Shown here piece by piece: positions 7,490 to 17,526 of a DNA stretch of 64,000 bases. Origin of the DNA: an uncultured Alteromonas sp. (lineage in GTDB: Bacteria > Bacteroidota > Bacteroidia > Flavobacteriales > Flavobacteriaceae); assembly GCA_964582415.1 (NCBI GenBank), contig CAZOSF010000003.1, positions 1,535 to 65,534 on the forward strand. Direction: 5' to 3'. The position numbers were made by a program, and so were the translations under genes. Position 1 is the stretch's first letter. Each line of letters begins with the position of its first letter. The notes under the pieces were generated by a model. It was not told where the DNA came from. It worked only from the letters and a program-made list of their open reading frames with translations, and ran no database searches.

Positions 7490-10162
7490 ATGGCTGAAAC
7501 AAAAACGATACGACTCAATAAAGTACTTAGGGAATTTAACATCTCTCTTGATCGTGCTGTAGAATTTCTCAGCGCCAAGGGGTTTGAGGTGGAGGCACGT
7601 CCTACGACCAAAATAACAGATGAAGAATACCAAGTGCTTTTTGCAGAATTTCAATCGGATAAGAGTAAAAAGGTAGAAGCCAAAGAAGTGGGCGAAGAAA
7701 AACGCAAGGAGAAAGAAGAATTGCGTTTGGAACGTGAACGCGAATTGGAGGAAAAACAGGACAAGAAGGAAGAGCCGAAAATTATAAAGGCCGAGGCCAA
7801 ATTGGCGGGCCCAAAAACCTTGGGCAAAATCGATTTGGAGCCGGAAAAGTCGAAGAAGAAGGAAATAGAGAAAGAGGAGAAAGAGAAGGTTGAAGAAATG
7901 GCGCCTCCTGTAAAAGAAGAGCAAGCCCCCGTTGTAAAAGAAGAAGCACCTGTTAAGGTGGAGGTAGAAAAGAAAGAGCCACCAAAACAGGAAGTAAAGC
8001 CTGAGCCACCAAAAGGTCCAGAAAAAGTAAAGACGCAATACCAGAAATTGGATGGTCCCAACTTTACTGGAGAGAAAATCGATCTTTCGAAATTTGAACG
8101 ACCTGAGAAAAAGAAAGAAGAAAAGAAAGACGATAAAAAGGAAAAACGTGGCCGTCGTAGACGTATTAGCAAGACCTCTGGGAACGGGAAAGAGAACCTA
8201 CGGGATAACCGCGGTAAAGGAGGAAAAGGTAAGCCACACGTTTTAAAAGAAGAGCCTAGCGAGGAAGAAGTACAAAGGCAAGTACGTGAAACCTTGGAAA
8301 AACTTCAAGGGAAATCTACAAAAGGAAAAGGGGCCAAATACCGTCGTGAAAAGCGGGAAACTCACCGAATGAAATCGGAGGAGGAAATGGCACAGATGGA
8401 GGCGGAGAGCAAATTGTTGAAGGTTACGGAGTTTGTAACAGTTAGTGAAGTGGCTACCATGATGAATGTTCCCGTCACGCAAGTGATTTCTGCTTGTATG
8501 TCGCTTGGAATGATGGTAACCATGAACCAGCGTCTGGATGCCGAAACCTTGTCTATCGTTGCAGAGGAATTTGGATTTGAAGTTGAATTTGTCACTGCCG
8601 ATATCGAGGAAGCGATTCAGGAAGAGGAGGATCGACCAGAAGATTTAAAACCAAGAGCGCCAATCGTCACCGTGATGGGTCACGTAGACCACGGGAAAAC
8701 TTCGTTGCTTGATTATATCCGTAAAGAAAATGTAATTGCCGGTGAATCTGGGGGAATTACTCAGCATATTGGTGCTTATGGTGTGAAATTGGACGGTGGT
8801 CAACGAATCACCTTCCTAGATACACCAGGTCACGAAGCATTTACCGCGATGCGTGCTCGAGGTGCGCAGGTAACCGACCTAGCCATTATTGTGGTAGCAG
8901 CGGATGATGATATCATGCCGCAAACCAAGGAAGCTATCAGTCACGCGCAAGCCGCTGGAGTTCCAATTGTATTTGCCATCAATAAAATAGATAAGCCTAC
9001 GGCAAATCCGGACAAAATCAAGGAGGGATTGGCCAACATGAACCTTTTGGTAGAAGATTGGGGTGGAAAAATCCAATCTCAGGATATCTCTGCCAAAACT
9101 GGTCAGGGTGTTAAGGAATTGCTTGAAAAAGTATTGCTGGAAGCCGAATTGCTGGAATTGAAAGCCAATCCAGACAAACACGCCAGTGGAACGGTAGTAG
9201 AAGCGTTCCTTGATAAAGGACGCGGATATGTTTCTACAATTTTGGTACAATCAGGAACCCTTAAAATTGGTGATTATGTGCTCGCAGGCCAACACAGTGG
9301 TAAGGTAAAAGCCATGCAGGATGAGCGCGGTAAAATCGTAAAAGAAGCAGGTCCATCTACCCCGGTATCCATTCTTGGTTTGGACGGAGCGCCTCAGGCC
9401 GGAGACAAATTTAATGTCTTCGAAGATGAACGTGAAGCCAAAGCCATCGCGGCGAAACGTACCCAGCTTCAGCGCGAGCAGTCGGTAAGAACGCAACGTC
9501 ATATTACATTGGATGAAATCGGAAGGCGTATCGCTTTGGGCGAATTCAAGGAGCTGAACATCATCCTGAAAGGGGATGTGGATGGTTCCGTGGAAGCGTT
9601 AACCGACTCCTTCTTGAAATTGTCTACCGAAGAGATTCAGGTAAATATCATTCATAAGGGTGTGGGTGCCATTACGGAAAGTGATGTGTTGTTGGCTTCC
9701 GCGTCGGATGCGGTAATCATCGGATTTAACGTTCGTCCTATGGGGAATGCACGACAGTTGGCCGACAAGGAGGAAATCGATATCCGCAGCTATTCTATCA
9801 TTTATGATGCGATTAACGATCTGAAAGACGCCATGGAAGGTATGTTGTCTCCAGAGCTTCGTGAAGAAGTTACAGGAACAGCGGAAATCCGTGAGACATT
9901 TAAAATTTCTAAAGTTGGAACGGTTGCAGGCTGTATGGTGACCAGCGGTAAGATTTTCCGAAATTCCGGTATTCGATTGATACGTGAAGGAGTGGTAGTC
10001 TTTACTGGCGAATTGGAATCCTTGAAGCGTTTCAAAGATGATGTGAAGGAAGTTTCCAAAGGATATGATTGCGGTATGCAGATCAAAAACTACAACGACA
10101 TTAAAGAAGGTGACATTATCGAGGCCTTCCAAGAAGTTGCAGTGAAGAAAAAGTTGAAATAA
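7490..10162 (+). CDS. infB: Translation initiation factor IF-2
   Basis: 890-aa ORF with a Lys/Glu-rich N-terminal region followed by GTPase motifs ([26 protein letters not shown]). Confidence 0.97.
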   Translation: MAETKTIRLNKVLREFNISLDRAVEFLSAKGFEVEARPTTKITDEEYQVLFAEFQSDKSKKVEAKEVGEEKRKEKEELRLERERELEEKQDKKEEPKIIKAEAKLAGPKTLGKIDLEPEKSKKKEIEKEEKEKVEEMAPPVKEEQAPVVKEEAPVKVEVEKKEPPKQEVKPEPPKGPEKVKTQYQKLDGPNFTGEKIDLSKFERPEKKKEEKKDDKKEKRGRRRRISKTSGNGKENLRDNRGKGGKGKPHVLKEEPSEEEVQRQVRETLEKLQGKSTKGKGAKYRREKRETHRMKSEEEMAQMEAESKLLKVTEFVTVSEVATMMNVPVTQVISACMSLGMMVTMNQRLDAETLSIVAEEFGFEVEFVTADIEEAIQEEEDRPEDLKPRAPIVTVMGHVDHGKTSLLDYIRKENVIAGESGGITQHIGAYGVKLDGGQRITFLDTPGHEAFTAMRARGAQVTDLAIIVVAADDDIMPQTKEAISHAQAAGVPIVFAINKIDKPTANPDKIKEGLANMNLLVEDWGGKIQSQDISAKTGQGVKELLEKVLLEAELLELKANPDKHASGTVVEAFLDKGRGYVSTILVQSGTLKIGDYVLAGQHSGKVKAMQDERGKIVKEAGPSTPVSILGLDGAPQAGDKFNVFEDEREAKAIAAKRTQLQREQSVRTQRHITLDEIGRRIALGEFKELNIILKGDVDGSVEALTDSFLKLSTEEIQVNIIHKGVGAITESDVLLASASDAVIIGFNVRPMGNARQLADKEEIDIRSYSIIYDAINDLKDAMEGMLSPELREEVTGTAEIRETFKISKVGTVAGCMVTSGKIFRNSGIRLIREGVVVFTGELESLKRFKDDVKEVSKGYDCGMQIKNYNDIKEGDIIEAFQEVAVKKKLK

Positions 10163-10177
10163 GAAAATCGATACGAT

Positions 10178-10206
10178 AAAAAAAGCGCCAAATTGGCGCT
10201 TTTTTT
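10178..10206. terminator. Bidirectional intrinsic terminator between infB and the SPOR gene
   Basis: aaaaaa-AGCGCCA-aat-TGGCGCT-tttttt. Confidence 0.85.
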
Positions 10207-10633
10207 ATTCTTCATTTCTTTCTTCGTCCTTCGATTCTTTTTTGTTTTTACCAGGGCGAAGGATAAAGGCGGAAGGAAAATTCTGTTGAATTTCCAATAA
10301 TGCCCTATCGGCTTCCAATCTGTTTTGAAAATTGCCAGCCCATACCTTGTAATTCGGCGTTTCGTACTCGATGGCAGCAGGCCATTTATTGTATTTGTTT
10401 CGGTATTCCTTGAGTATTTTATTGGCTTGATTTAAATCACCATAATAGAGTTGAATGGTAAACCCATCGGTGAGTTTGTTTTCTTTCTGCAACTTGGTTT
10501 TCAAAGCCATTAATTGGGTTACTCTTGGGTCTTCTTTTACGGTCAGTGTGCCGTTTTGGGCAATGGAAATCCCCATAAAAAGAAACCCTATTAGGCTCAA
10601 AAACAATGTTTTATTGTTGAATATATGCTTCAT
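10205..10633 (-). CDS. SPOR domain-containing protein with a signal peptide
   Basis: The SPOR pattern reads GFTIQLYYGDLNQANKILKEY...YKVWAGNFQNRLEADRALLEIQQNFPSAFIL. I place the start at the ATG 10631-10633 (MKHIFNNK...), because a -7 box overlaps the longer ORF start at 10654. Confidence 0.8.
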   Translation of the reverse strand: MKHIFNNKTLFLSLIGFLFMGISIAQNGTLTVKEDPRVTQLMALKTKLQKENKLTDGFTIQLYYGDLNQANKILKEYRNKYNKWPAAIEYETPNYKVWAGNFQNRLEADRALLEIQQNFPSAFILRPGKNKKESKDEERNEE

Positions 10634-10651
10634 AGTAAGAGACTGCTTTTG

Positions 10652-10659
10652 CAAATGTA
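10652..10659 (-). promoter_or_regulatory. Candidate -7 box (TACATTTG on the minus strand) for the SPOR gene
   Basis: The plus strand reads CAAATGTA, 19 nt upstream of the ATG at 10633. Confidence 0.45.
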
Positions 10660-10730
10660 AAGCATACTAACTTTGAAACCCTAAATTTTATTATTTAGAA
10701 TTATTATAAATTACCCGTTAACACTTTATT

Positions 10731-10747
10731 TGGATTTCCAAAATCCA
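10731..10747. promoter_or_regulatory. Perfect 7-3-7 palindrome TGGATTT-CCA-AAATCCA inside the act operon promoter region
   Basis: Read directly from the sequence. It lies 11 nt upstream of the candidate -7 box at 10758. Confidence 0.35.
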
Positions 10748-10757
10748 TCTAATAGTT

Positions 10758-10765
10758 TACTTTTG
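10758..10765 (+). promoter_or_regulatory. Candidate -7 box (TACTTTTG) of the actABCDEF-cox operon
   Basis: Exact TAnnTTTG match 71 nt upstream of the first ATG of actA. Confidence 0.5.
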
Positions 10766-10835
10766 CACAGTTATTTTAGGCACCAAATGGTACGAAATCA
10801 CGGTCTTTAAGACCATCCAATTGTGTGCCAAACTT

Positions 10836-12161
10836 ATGGACAATAATATAACCGATCGTATGGAACAGGTACATTACCGTAATCTACCCACAAAATTGTC
10901 ATTTCTATGGTTAGCCCTCGTGCTAGCGATTTCCATCACCAATACCTCCTTTGCCACCACGGTTGTTCTGCCTACGCAAGCAGTGGATACTGCTGCTGGT
11001 GAAACCTTATTTAAGGCCAATTGTGCTGCTTGTCATAAGTTGTATAATAAGGCGGTAGGGCCTGCGCTGTTCGGTGTTGGAGATAAATATGAAAAGGACT
11101 GGTTGTACAAGTGGATCAAGAACAGCCAGGATATGGTAAAATCCGGCGATCCACAGGCAGTGGCCATTTTTGAAGAGTTCAATGGAGCTGTAATGACCGC
11201 TTTCCCTGCTTTATCCAATGCTGATATCGATAATATTATTGCCTATACATACACCCCGAAGCCCGAGCCTGTAAAGCCTGCTGGAGCGGAAGGAGAGGTT
11301 CAGACAGAGAATGCAGGTGTGACCAACGACATCATCCTTGCCGCCTTGGCTTTGGTGTTCTTGTTGCTTGTAGTTATGCTTGTTTTGGTGAACCGAACGC
11401 TGCGTCAGATTGCCAAAGCAAACGGTGTAGCGTTTGAAGAAACACATCACAAGCCAATTTGGAAAGCTTACGCGGAAAACCAGTTCTTGGTATTGGTAAC
11501 TTCGATTTTCTTATTGTTGGCTGCGGCGTATTTTGCCTACGGCTGGATGATGCAGGTAGGTGTGGATCAGGGATATGCACCCGTGCAGCCCATTCATTAT
11601 TCTCACCGTATCCATGCAGGTGTGAACCTAATAGATTGTAACTATTGCCACAGTTCTGCCAGAAGAAGTAAACACTCTGGAATTCCTTCCCTGAACGTTT
11701 GTATGAACTGTCACAAAAGCATTAGTGAAGTAGCAGCCACTACGCAACAAGAGGGAATGCAAGAATATGGTGTAGATTATAACCAAGAAATTCAAAAACT
11801 TTACGCAGCGGTGGGTTGGGACGTCAACAGTCAGGCCTACACTGGTGAAAGTAAACCAGTGGAGTGGATTCGTATTCATAACTTGCCCGACTTTGCGTAT
11901 TTCAACCACTCACAGCACGTAACTGTAGCCGGAGTGGAGTGTCAGAAGTGTCACGGTCCTGTGGAAGAAATGGAGATTATGTCACAATTCTCACCATTGA
12001 CTATGGGCTGGTGTATCAATTGTCACCGTGAAACCAACGTGAAAGTAGAAGACAATGGTTACTACGAAAAGATCCATGAGGAACTTTCCAAGAAGTATGG
12101 CGTCGAGAAATTGACTGCAGCTCAGATGGGTGGCTTGGAATGTGGTAAGTGTCACTACTAA
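10836..12161 (+). CDS. actA: Alternative complex III subunit ActA: multihaem cytochrome c with six CxxCH motifs
   Basis: The CxxCH motifs are CAACH (N-terminal class-I-like domain), then CNYCH, CMNCH, CQKCH, CINCH and CGKCH. There is a signal-like N-terminus plus two internal TM helices. The start is uncertain: TTG 10821, ATG 10836 or ATG 10860. Confidence 0.85.
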   Translation: MDNNITDRMEQVHYRNLPTKLSFLWLALVLAISITNTSFATTVVLPTQAVDTAAGETLFKANCAACHKLYNKAVGPALFGVGDKYEKDWLYKWIKNSQDMVKSGDPQAVAIFEEFNGAVMTAFPALSNADIDNIIAYTYTPKPEPVKPAGAEGEVQTENAGVTNDIILAALALVFLLLVVMLVLVNRTLRQIAKANGVAFEETHHKPIWKAYAENQFLVLVTSIFLLLAAAYFAYGWMMQVGVDQGYAPVQPIHYSHRIHAGVNLIDCNYCHSSARRSKHSGIPSLNVCMNCHKSISEVAATTQQEGMQEYGVDYNQEIQKLYAAVGWDVNSQAYTGESKPVEWIRIHNLPDFAYFNHSQHVTVAGVECQKCHGPVEEMEIMSQFSPLTMGWCINCHRETNVKVEDNGYYEKIHEELSKKYGVEKLTAAQMGGLECGKCHY

Positions 12162-12194
12162 AATCAAATTCGAATACTATTCTCAATAGATATT

Positions 12195-15100
12195 ATGGCA
12201 TCAAACAAGAAATATTGGAAAAGTGTTGAGGAACTAAAAGCAGATAGTTCCATTGTCGAGACACTGAAGCAGAATGAGTTCGCAGAGCCCATCCCAACCG
12301 ACGAATTCCTAGGGAACAAGGAATCTTTGGAGGCTTCCTCGACAACACGTCGTGATTTCTTAAAATATGTTGGATTCTCCACGGCAGCTGCTACACTAGC
12401 GGCGTGTGAAGGTCCGGTAATCAAATCGATTCCTTACGTGGTAGCACCGGATGAAATCATTCCTGGTGTCGCCAATTACTATGCAAGTACGATTGCCGAT
12501 GGCTTCGACTTTGCTAATATATTGGTAAAAACCCGCGAAGGGCGTCCTATTAAAATAGAACGCAATGACATGGCTAAACACGGAGGCAGTGTGAATGCTC
12601 GTGTACATGCATCGGTATTGTCCATGTATGACAAACATCGATTGCAAGGGCCAAAGATGGACGGAAAGGATGTTTCCTGGAGTGACCTGGATGCCGCGGT
12701 TACTTCCAGATTGGAAGCAATGGCCGGGAAGGATGTGGTGTTGTTAACTCAAACTTTTGCCAGTCCTTCAGCAGGAAGAATCATTGCAGAATTTAAAGCA
12801 AAATACCCAAATATCCGTCACGTCATTTACGATACCGTTTCTTCAAGTGCTGCTTTGGATGCTTTCCAAGCGAAATTTGGAATGCGTGCCTTAGCCGATT
12901 ACGACTTCAGTCAAGCGGAGGTTATCGTATCTGTAGGAGCGGATTTCCTAGGTGATTGGCAAGGAGGTGGCTATGAAAAAGGATATGCCAAAGGACGTGT
13001 ACCAAAAAATGGTAAAATGTCCCGACATATCCAGTTCGAAGCCAATATGAGTTTGTCTGGTGCCAATGCCGATAAGCGTGTACCTGCTACTCCTTCTCAA
13101 CAACTTGAAGTACTAAAAGCTTTAACTGGTAATTCTTCCAATTTATCAGATCAGCTGGCTGATGCTGTTGCAAAAGCCAAGGCTCAGTTGCAAAAGGCGG
13201 GTAACAAAGGGGTGATTATTACAGGACTTCCCGATGTGCAAGCGCAAACCATGGCCATTACCTACAACCAAAATGTAGCTAGTGTGGTGATGGATACCCT
13301 TCGTCCGAAATTGACCTCCTTGGGAAGTGCTTCCGAGGTAGCCAATGTGATGAACGGGGTTATTTCTGGAAGTGTAAAAGGATTGATTACCATCGGTGTC
13401 AACCCGGTATATTCTTTCCCGAATCCAGGATTTGCAGAAGCTTACAAGAATTTGGAGATGACGCTTGCCTTCGCAATGAAGGAAGATGAAACGGCATCGC
13501 TAGCTCAAATGGTGGCAGCAACGCCTCACTATCTGGAATCATGGGGAGACGCCCAATTGAAAAAGGGTAGCTTCAGCTTAATGCAACCTACCATCCGTAC
13601 ATTATTCAATACACGTCAATTCCAAGATTGTCTATTGAAATGGACGGGTATGAGCATGCCTTATCAAGAATACTTGGAACAGTACTGGAAAGCAAATATC
13701 CTTGACGGTAGTGGGGTGACTTGGAACAAAGCACTCCATGATGGTGTTTTTGAAGCCACGGCGCATCTTCCTGAAGAAGAAATTCATGAATATGAAATGC
13801 ATGATAACTATTGTGCATTGAGTGCTCCTATTCAAGGAGGTTACGAACTTACCTTATATACCAAAACCGGAATGGGGGATGGCCAACAAGCCAATAACCC
13901 TTGGTTACAAGAATTACCAGATCCAATCTCACGAGCCACTTGGGACAACTACCTTACCATTTCTGCTGCAGATGCTGCCGAATTAGGTTTGGAAAACTAC
14001 AACGTGGCCAATGGTGCCTTGAATGGTAGCTACGTAAAGGTGAAGATGGGAGAAATTGTGGTTGAAAACGTTCCTGTGTTGATTCAACCGGGACAGGCTC
14101 CTGGTTCTGTGGGATTGGCACTTGGTTACGGCCGTAAAGCTTCCATTCAAAGGGAAATGCAAACCGGTGTTAATGCCTATGCCTTATACAACAACTTCTC
14201 ATGTGTTCAGAATGTAACCCTGGAGAAAGCGAATGGTACGCATGAGTTTGCCTGTATTCAGTTACACAATACCATGATGGGTAGAGACATCATTCGAGAA
14301 ACTACCCTTGAAATATTCAATACGAAAGACAAGGAAGCTTGGAACCCAGTGCCAATGGTATCCAAGGATCACCAAGAGATTCCTGTTTCTTCACCCGATG
14401 CCGACTTATGGGATGAATTCGATCGTTCAATTGGGCATCACTTTAACCTATCGATCGACCTAAATGCATGTACCGGTTGTGGTGCTTGTGTGATTGCTTG
14501 TCATGCAGAAAACAACGTACCGGTGGTGGGTAAGACTGAAATGCGTAGAAGTCGTGATATGCACTGGTTGCGTATCGACCGTTATTATTCCAGCGAGGAG
14601 AGTTTCGGGATGGATGCTGAGAAGAAAGATAATATCTCAGGTTTGAGCAGTTCTCTTTCAGAATTCGGTGAGATGGAACATGCGGCAGCGAACCCTCAGG
14701 TGGCCTTCCAACCAGTAATGTGTCAGCATTGTAACCACGCTCCTTGTGAGACCGTGTGTCCAGTGGCTGCCACCTCACATGGTCGTCAGGGCCAGAACCA
14801 CATGGCGTATAACCGTTGTGTGGGAACCCGTTACTGTGCTAACAACTGTCCTTATAAAGTTCGTCGTTTCAACTGGTTCTTGTATGCAGAAAACGATGAA
14901 TTCGATTACAACATGAATAACGACCTAGGTCGTATGGTATTGAACCCAGATGTTGTGGTTCGTTCCCGTGGAGTAATGGAAAAATGTTCTATGTGTATTC
15001 AGATGACCCAGAAGTCTATCTTGGATGCCAAGAAAGCAGGTCGTCCAGTGAAAGACGAAGAATTTAAGACAGCTTGCTCCGCTGCTTGTGAAACTGGTGC

Positions 15101-15245
15101 TATCCAGTTTGGTGACATCAACGATCACGACAGTGTGGTATATAAAGAGAAACACAACGAAAGGATGTATCACTTATTGGAATCTGTTGGAACAAAACCA
15201 AACGTGTTCTATCAGACGAAAGTGAGAAATACAAACGAAGCATAA
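12195..15245 (+). CDS. actB: Alternative complex III subunit ActB (molybdopterin-oxidoreductase-like plus Fe-S ferredoxin domains), Tat lipoprotein
   Basis: 1016-aa ORF with a twin-arginine signal TTRRDFLKYVG and a lipobox LAAC. The C-terminal part carries Cys clusters (CTGCGACVIACHAEN, CQHCNHAPCETVCP, CVGTRYCANNCPYKV). Confidence 0.9.
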   Translation: MASNKKYWKSVEELKADSSIVETLKQNEFAEPIPTDEFLGNKESLEASSTTRRDFLKYVGFSTAAATLAACEGPVIKSIPYVVAPDEIIPGVANYYASTIADGFDFANILVKTREGRPIKIERNDMAKHGGSVNARVHASVLSMYDKHRLQGPKMDGKDVSWSDLDAAVTSRLEAMAGKDVVLLTQTFASPSAGRIIAEFKAKYPNIRHVIYDTVSSSAALDAFQAKFGMRALADYDFSQAEVIVSVGADFLGDWQGGGYEKGYAKGRVPKNGKMSRHIQFEANMSLSGANADKRVPATPSQQLEVLKALTGNSSNLSDQLADAVAKAKAQLQKAGNKGVIITGLPDVQAQTMAITYNQNVASVVMDTLRPKLTSLGSASEVANVMNGVISGSVKGLITIGVNPVYSFPNPGFAEAYKNLEMTLAFAMKEDETASLAQMVAATPHYLESWGDAQLKKGSFSLMQPTIRTLFNTRQFQDCLLKWTGMSMPYQEYLEQYWKANILDGSGVTWNKALHDGVFEATAHLPEEEIHEYEMHDNYCALSAPIQGGYELTLYTKTGMGDGQQANNPWLQELPDPISRATWDNYLTISAADAAELGLENYNVANGALNGSYVKVKMGEIVVENVPVLIQPGQAPGSVGLALGYGRKASIQREMQTGVNAYALYNNFSCVQNVTLEKANGTHEFACIQLHNTMMGRDIIRETTLEIFNTKDKEAWNPVPMVSKDHQEIPVSSPDADLWDEFDRSIGHHFNLSIDLNACTGCGACVIACHAENNVPVVGKTEMRRSRDMHWLRIDRYYSSEESFGMDAEKKDNISGLSSSLSEFGEMEHAAANPQVAFQPVMCQHCNHAPCETVCPVAATSHGRQGQNHMAYNRCVGTRYCANNCPYKVRRFNWFLYAENDEFDYNMNNDLGRMVLNPDVVVRSRGVMEKCSMCIQMTQKSILDAKKAGRPVKDEEFKTACSAACETGAIQFGDINDHDSVVYKEKHNERMYHLLESVGTKPNVFYQTKVRNTNEA

Positions 15246-15268
15246 ACTAAGAAATTGAATATATAGAT

Positions 15269-16987
15269 ATGGCGTCGCATTACGAAGCACCTATTAGAAG
15301 ACCCTTAGTTACCGGAGACAAAACCTACCACGACGTAACTGTGGATGTGGCTGCTCCAGTGGAGGGAGAAGCCAACAAGTCATGGTGGATTGTATTTTCC
15401 ATTGCCTTAGTGGCTTTCCTCTGGGGATTGGGTTGTATCATTTACACTATTTCCACGGGTATTGGAGTCTGGGGTTTGAATAAAACCGTTAACTGGGCCT
15501 GGGACATCACCAACTTCGTATGGTGGGTGGGTATTGGTCACGCAGGAACACTGATTTCGGCGGTACTTTTACTCTTCCGTCAGAAGTGGAGAATGGCGAT
15601 TAACCGCTCTGCTGAGGCGATGACCATCTTCTCGGTAATACAGGCGGGATTGTTTCCGATCATTCACATGGGTCGTCCATGGTTGGCGTATTGGGTACTC
15701 CCCATCCCAAACCAATTCGGATCCCTTTGGGTGAACTTTAACTCACCGCTTCTTTGGGACGTGTTTGCAATCTCCACCTATCTTTCTGTTTCTTTGGTAT
15801 TCTGGTGGACAGGTTTGCTACCCGATTTTGCGATGATTCGCGATCGTGCCGTACGCCCATTTACGAAAAAAGTATATAGTATCCTATCCTTCGGATGGAG
15901 TGGACGCGCTAAAGACTGGCAACGTTTCGAGGAAGTTTCCTTGGTATTGGCAGGTTTGGCAACCCCACTGGTACTTTCTGTACACACCATCGTATCCTTC
16001 GACTTCGCCACTTCGGTGATTCCTGGATGGCACACCACCATCTTCCCTCCCTATTTCGTTGCGGGAGCGATTTTCTCTGGATTTGCTATGGTACAGACCC
16101 TTTTGATCATCATGAGAAAGGTGTCCAACCTTGAAAATTACATTACACTTCAACACATCGAATTGATGAACATCGTAATCATGATTACGGGTTCTATTGT
16201 TGGGGTAGCCTATATCACCGAGCTTTTCATCGCTTGGTACTCTGGAGTTGAATATGAGCAATACGCCTTCTTAAACCGTGCTACGGGACCTTACTGGTGG
16301 GCCTATTGGTCGATGATGACCTGTAACGTGTTCTCTCCACAGTTTATGTGGATCAAGAAATTGCGTACCAGTATCATGTTCTCCTTCTTTATTTCGATTG
16401 TGGTAAACATCGGAATGTGGTTTGAGCGTTTTGTGATCATTGTTACTTCTTTGCACCGTGATTACCTGACCTCTTCTTGGACTATGTTCTCTCCAACATT
16501 TGTGGATATTGGAATCTTCATCGGAACCATCGGATTCTTCTTCGTATTGTTCCTATTGTATTCCAGAACCTTCCCTGTAATTGCCCAAGCGGAAGTAAAA
16601 TCTATCTTGAAAACTTCGGGTAGTTATTACAAGAAGCTACGTGCAGAGCATGGAGATGACGTAAAGCACTATACCATGCCTTCAGGAGCAGCCTCTATAA
16701 AAGCGCCAACTTCGAAGCCCGATACTTCAGCACATCATGAGGAACTGCTTTCCACTATCGGAAAGTTTGATCCAGAAATTCATACCATAGATGATTTGAA
16801 ATTAATCAGCGGTGTTGGCCCCGTTATGGAGGAGAAACTACATGAAATCGGTATTTATACCTTTGAACAGGTGAGTAAAATGACCGAAAGAGAATACGAA
16901 TTATTGGATAGCATTCTTGACGAATTCCCAGGTAGAGCCAAACGTGACGACTGGGCAGGTCAGGCAGCAAAACTTAAAAATAGTTAA
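15269..16987 (+). CDS. actC: Alternative complex III subunit ActC (NrfD/PsrC-like quinol-interacting membrane subunit) with a C-terminal soluble extension
   Basis: 572-aa polytopic membrane ORF positioned between actB and actD. The last ~125 residues are hydrophilic and end in an H3TH-like motif (DDLKLISGVGPVMEEKLHEIGIYTFEQV). Confidence 0.85.
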   Translation: MASHYEAPIRRPLVTGDKTYHDVTVDVAAPVEGEANKSWWIVFSIALVAFLWGLGCIIYTISTGIGVWGLNKTVNWAWDITNFVWWVGIGHAGTLISAVLLLFRQKWRMAINRSAEAMTIFSVIQAGLFPIIHMGRPWLAYWVLPIPNQFGSLWVNFNSPLLWDVFAISTYLSVSLVFWWTGLLPDFAMIRDRAVRPFTKKVYSILSFGWSGRAKDWQRFEEVSLVLAGLATPLVLSVHTIVSFDFATSVIPGWHTTIFPPYFVAGAIFSGFAMVQTLLIIMRKVSNLENYITLQHIELMNIVIMITGSIVGVAYITELFIAWYSGVEYEQYAFLNRATGPYWWAYWSMMTCNVFSPQFMWIKKLRTSIMFSFFISIVVNIGMWFERFVIIVTSLHRDYLTSSWTMFSPTFVDIGIFIGTIGFFFVLFLLYSRTFPVIAQAEVKSILKTSGSYYKKLRAEHGDDVKHYTMPSGAASIKAPTSKPDTSAHHEELLSTIGKFDPEIHTIDDLKLISGVGPVMEEKLHEIGIYTFEQVSKMTEREYELLDSILDEFPGRAKRDDWAGQAAKLKNS

Positions 16988-16988
16988 T

Positions 16989-17525
16989 ATGGCATCTAAA
17001 GTGATTCACGCTATTTATAATGACGATGACATTCTTATGAATGCCGTAAAGGCAGTTCGTAAAGAACACTATCACATCGAAGAGGTGTACACACCTTTCC
17101 CGGTTCACGGGTTGGACAAAGCTATGGGTCTTGAATACACCCGTATAGCGATCACCTCATTTATTTATGGATTGGTTGGATTGGCAGTTGCCATTACCAT
17201 GATGAATTTTATCATGATAAAGGATTGGCCACAGGACATAGGAGGGAAGCCTAGCTTCAGCTATCTTGAAAACATGCCGGCATTCGTTCCAATCATGTTC
17301 GAGATGACTGTATTCTTCGCTGCCCACTTGATGGTAATCACTTTTTACATGAGAAGTAAATTGTGGCCTTTCAAAAAAGCTGAGAACCCTGATCCTAGGA
17401 CTACCGATGACCACTTTTTGATGGCTATCGATACCGGGAAACATGATGTAGAAAAGATGACCCAATTTCTAAAGGAAACAGGCGCCATCGAAATTAGTTT
17501 AATCGAAAATGAAGATGACCACTAA
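16989..17525 (+). CDS. actD: Alternative complex III subunit ActD (DUF3341-type)
   Basis: The ATG at 16989 lies 1 nt after the actC stop. The product MASKVIHAIYNDDDILMNAVKAVRKEHYHIEEVYTPFPVHGLD plus two TM helices fits ActD. The longer ORF-track start overlaps actC. Confidence 0.8.
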   Translation: MASKVIHAIYNDDDILMNAVKAVRKEHYHIEEVYTPFPVHGLDKAMGLEYTRIAITSFIYGLVGLAVAITMMNFIMIKDWPQDIGGKPSFSYLENMPAFVPIMFEMTVFFAAHLMVITFYMRSKLWPFKKAENPDPRTTDDHFLMAIDTGKHDVEKMTQFLKETGAIEISLIENEDDH

Positions 17526-17526
17526 T

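Noticed and set aside
7442-8172. Two long antisense ORFs (198 aa and 173 aa) opposite the 5' part of infB
   Set aside because: They mirror the Lys/Glu-rich low-complexity region of IF-2. Their products are Phe/Leu/Ser-rich nonsense with no start context, which is a classic shadow-ORF artefact.
9599-10132. 177-aa antisense ORF opposite the 3' part of infB
   Set aside because: It lies entirely inside a highly conserved IF-2 domain and has no recognisable motifs. It is a shadow ORF.
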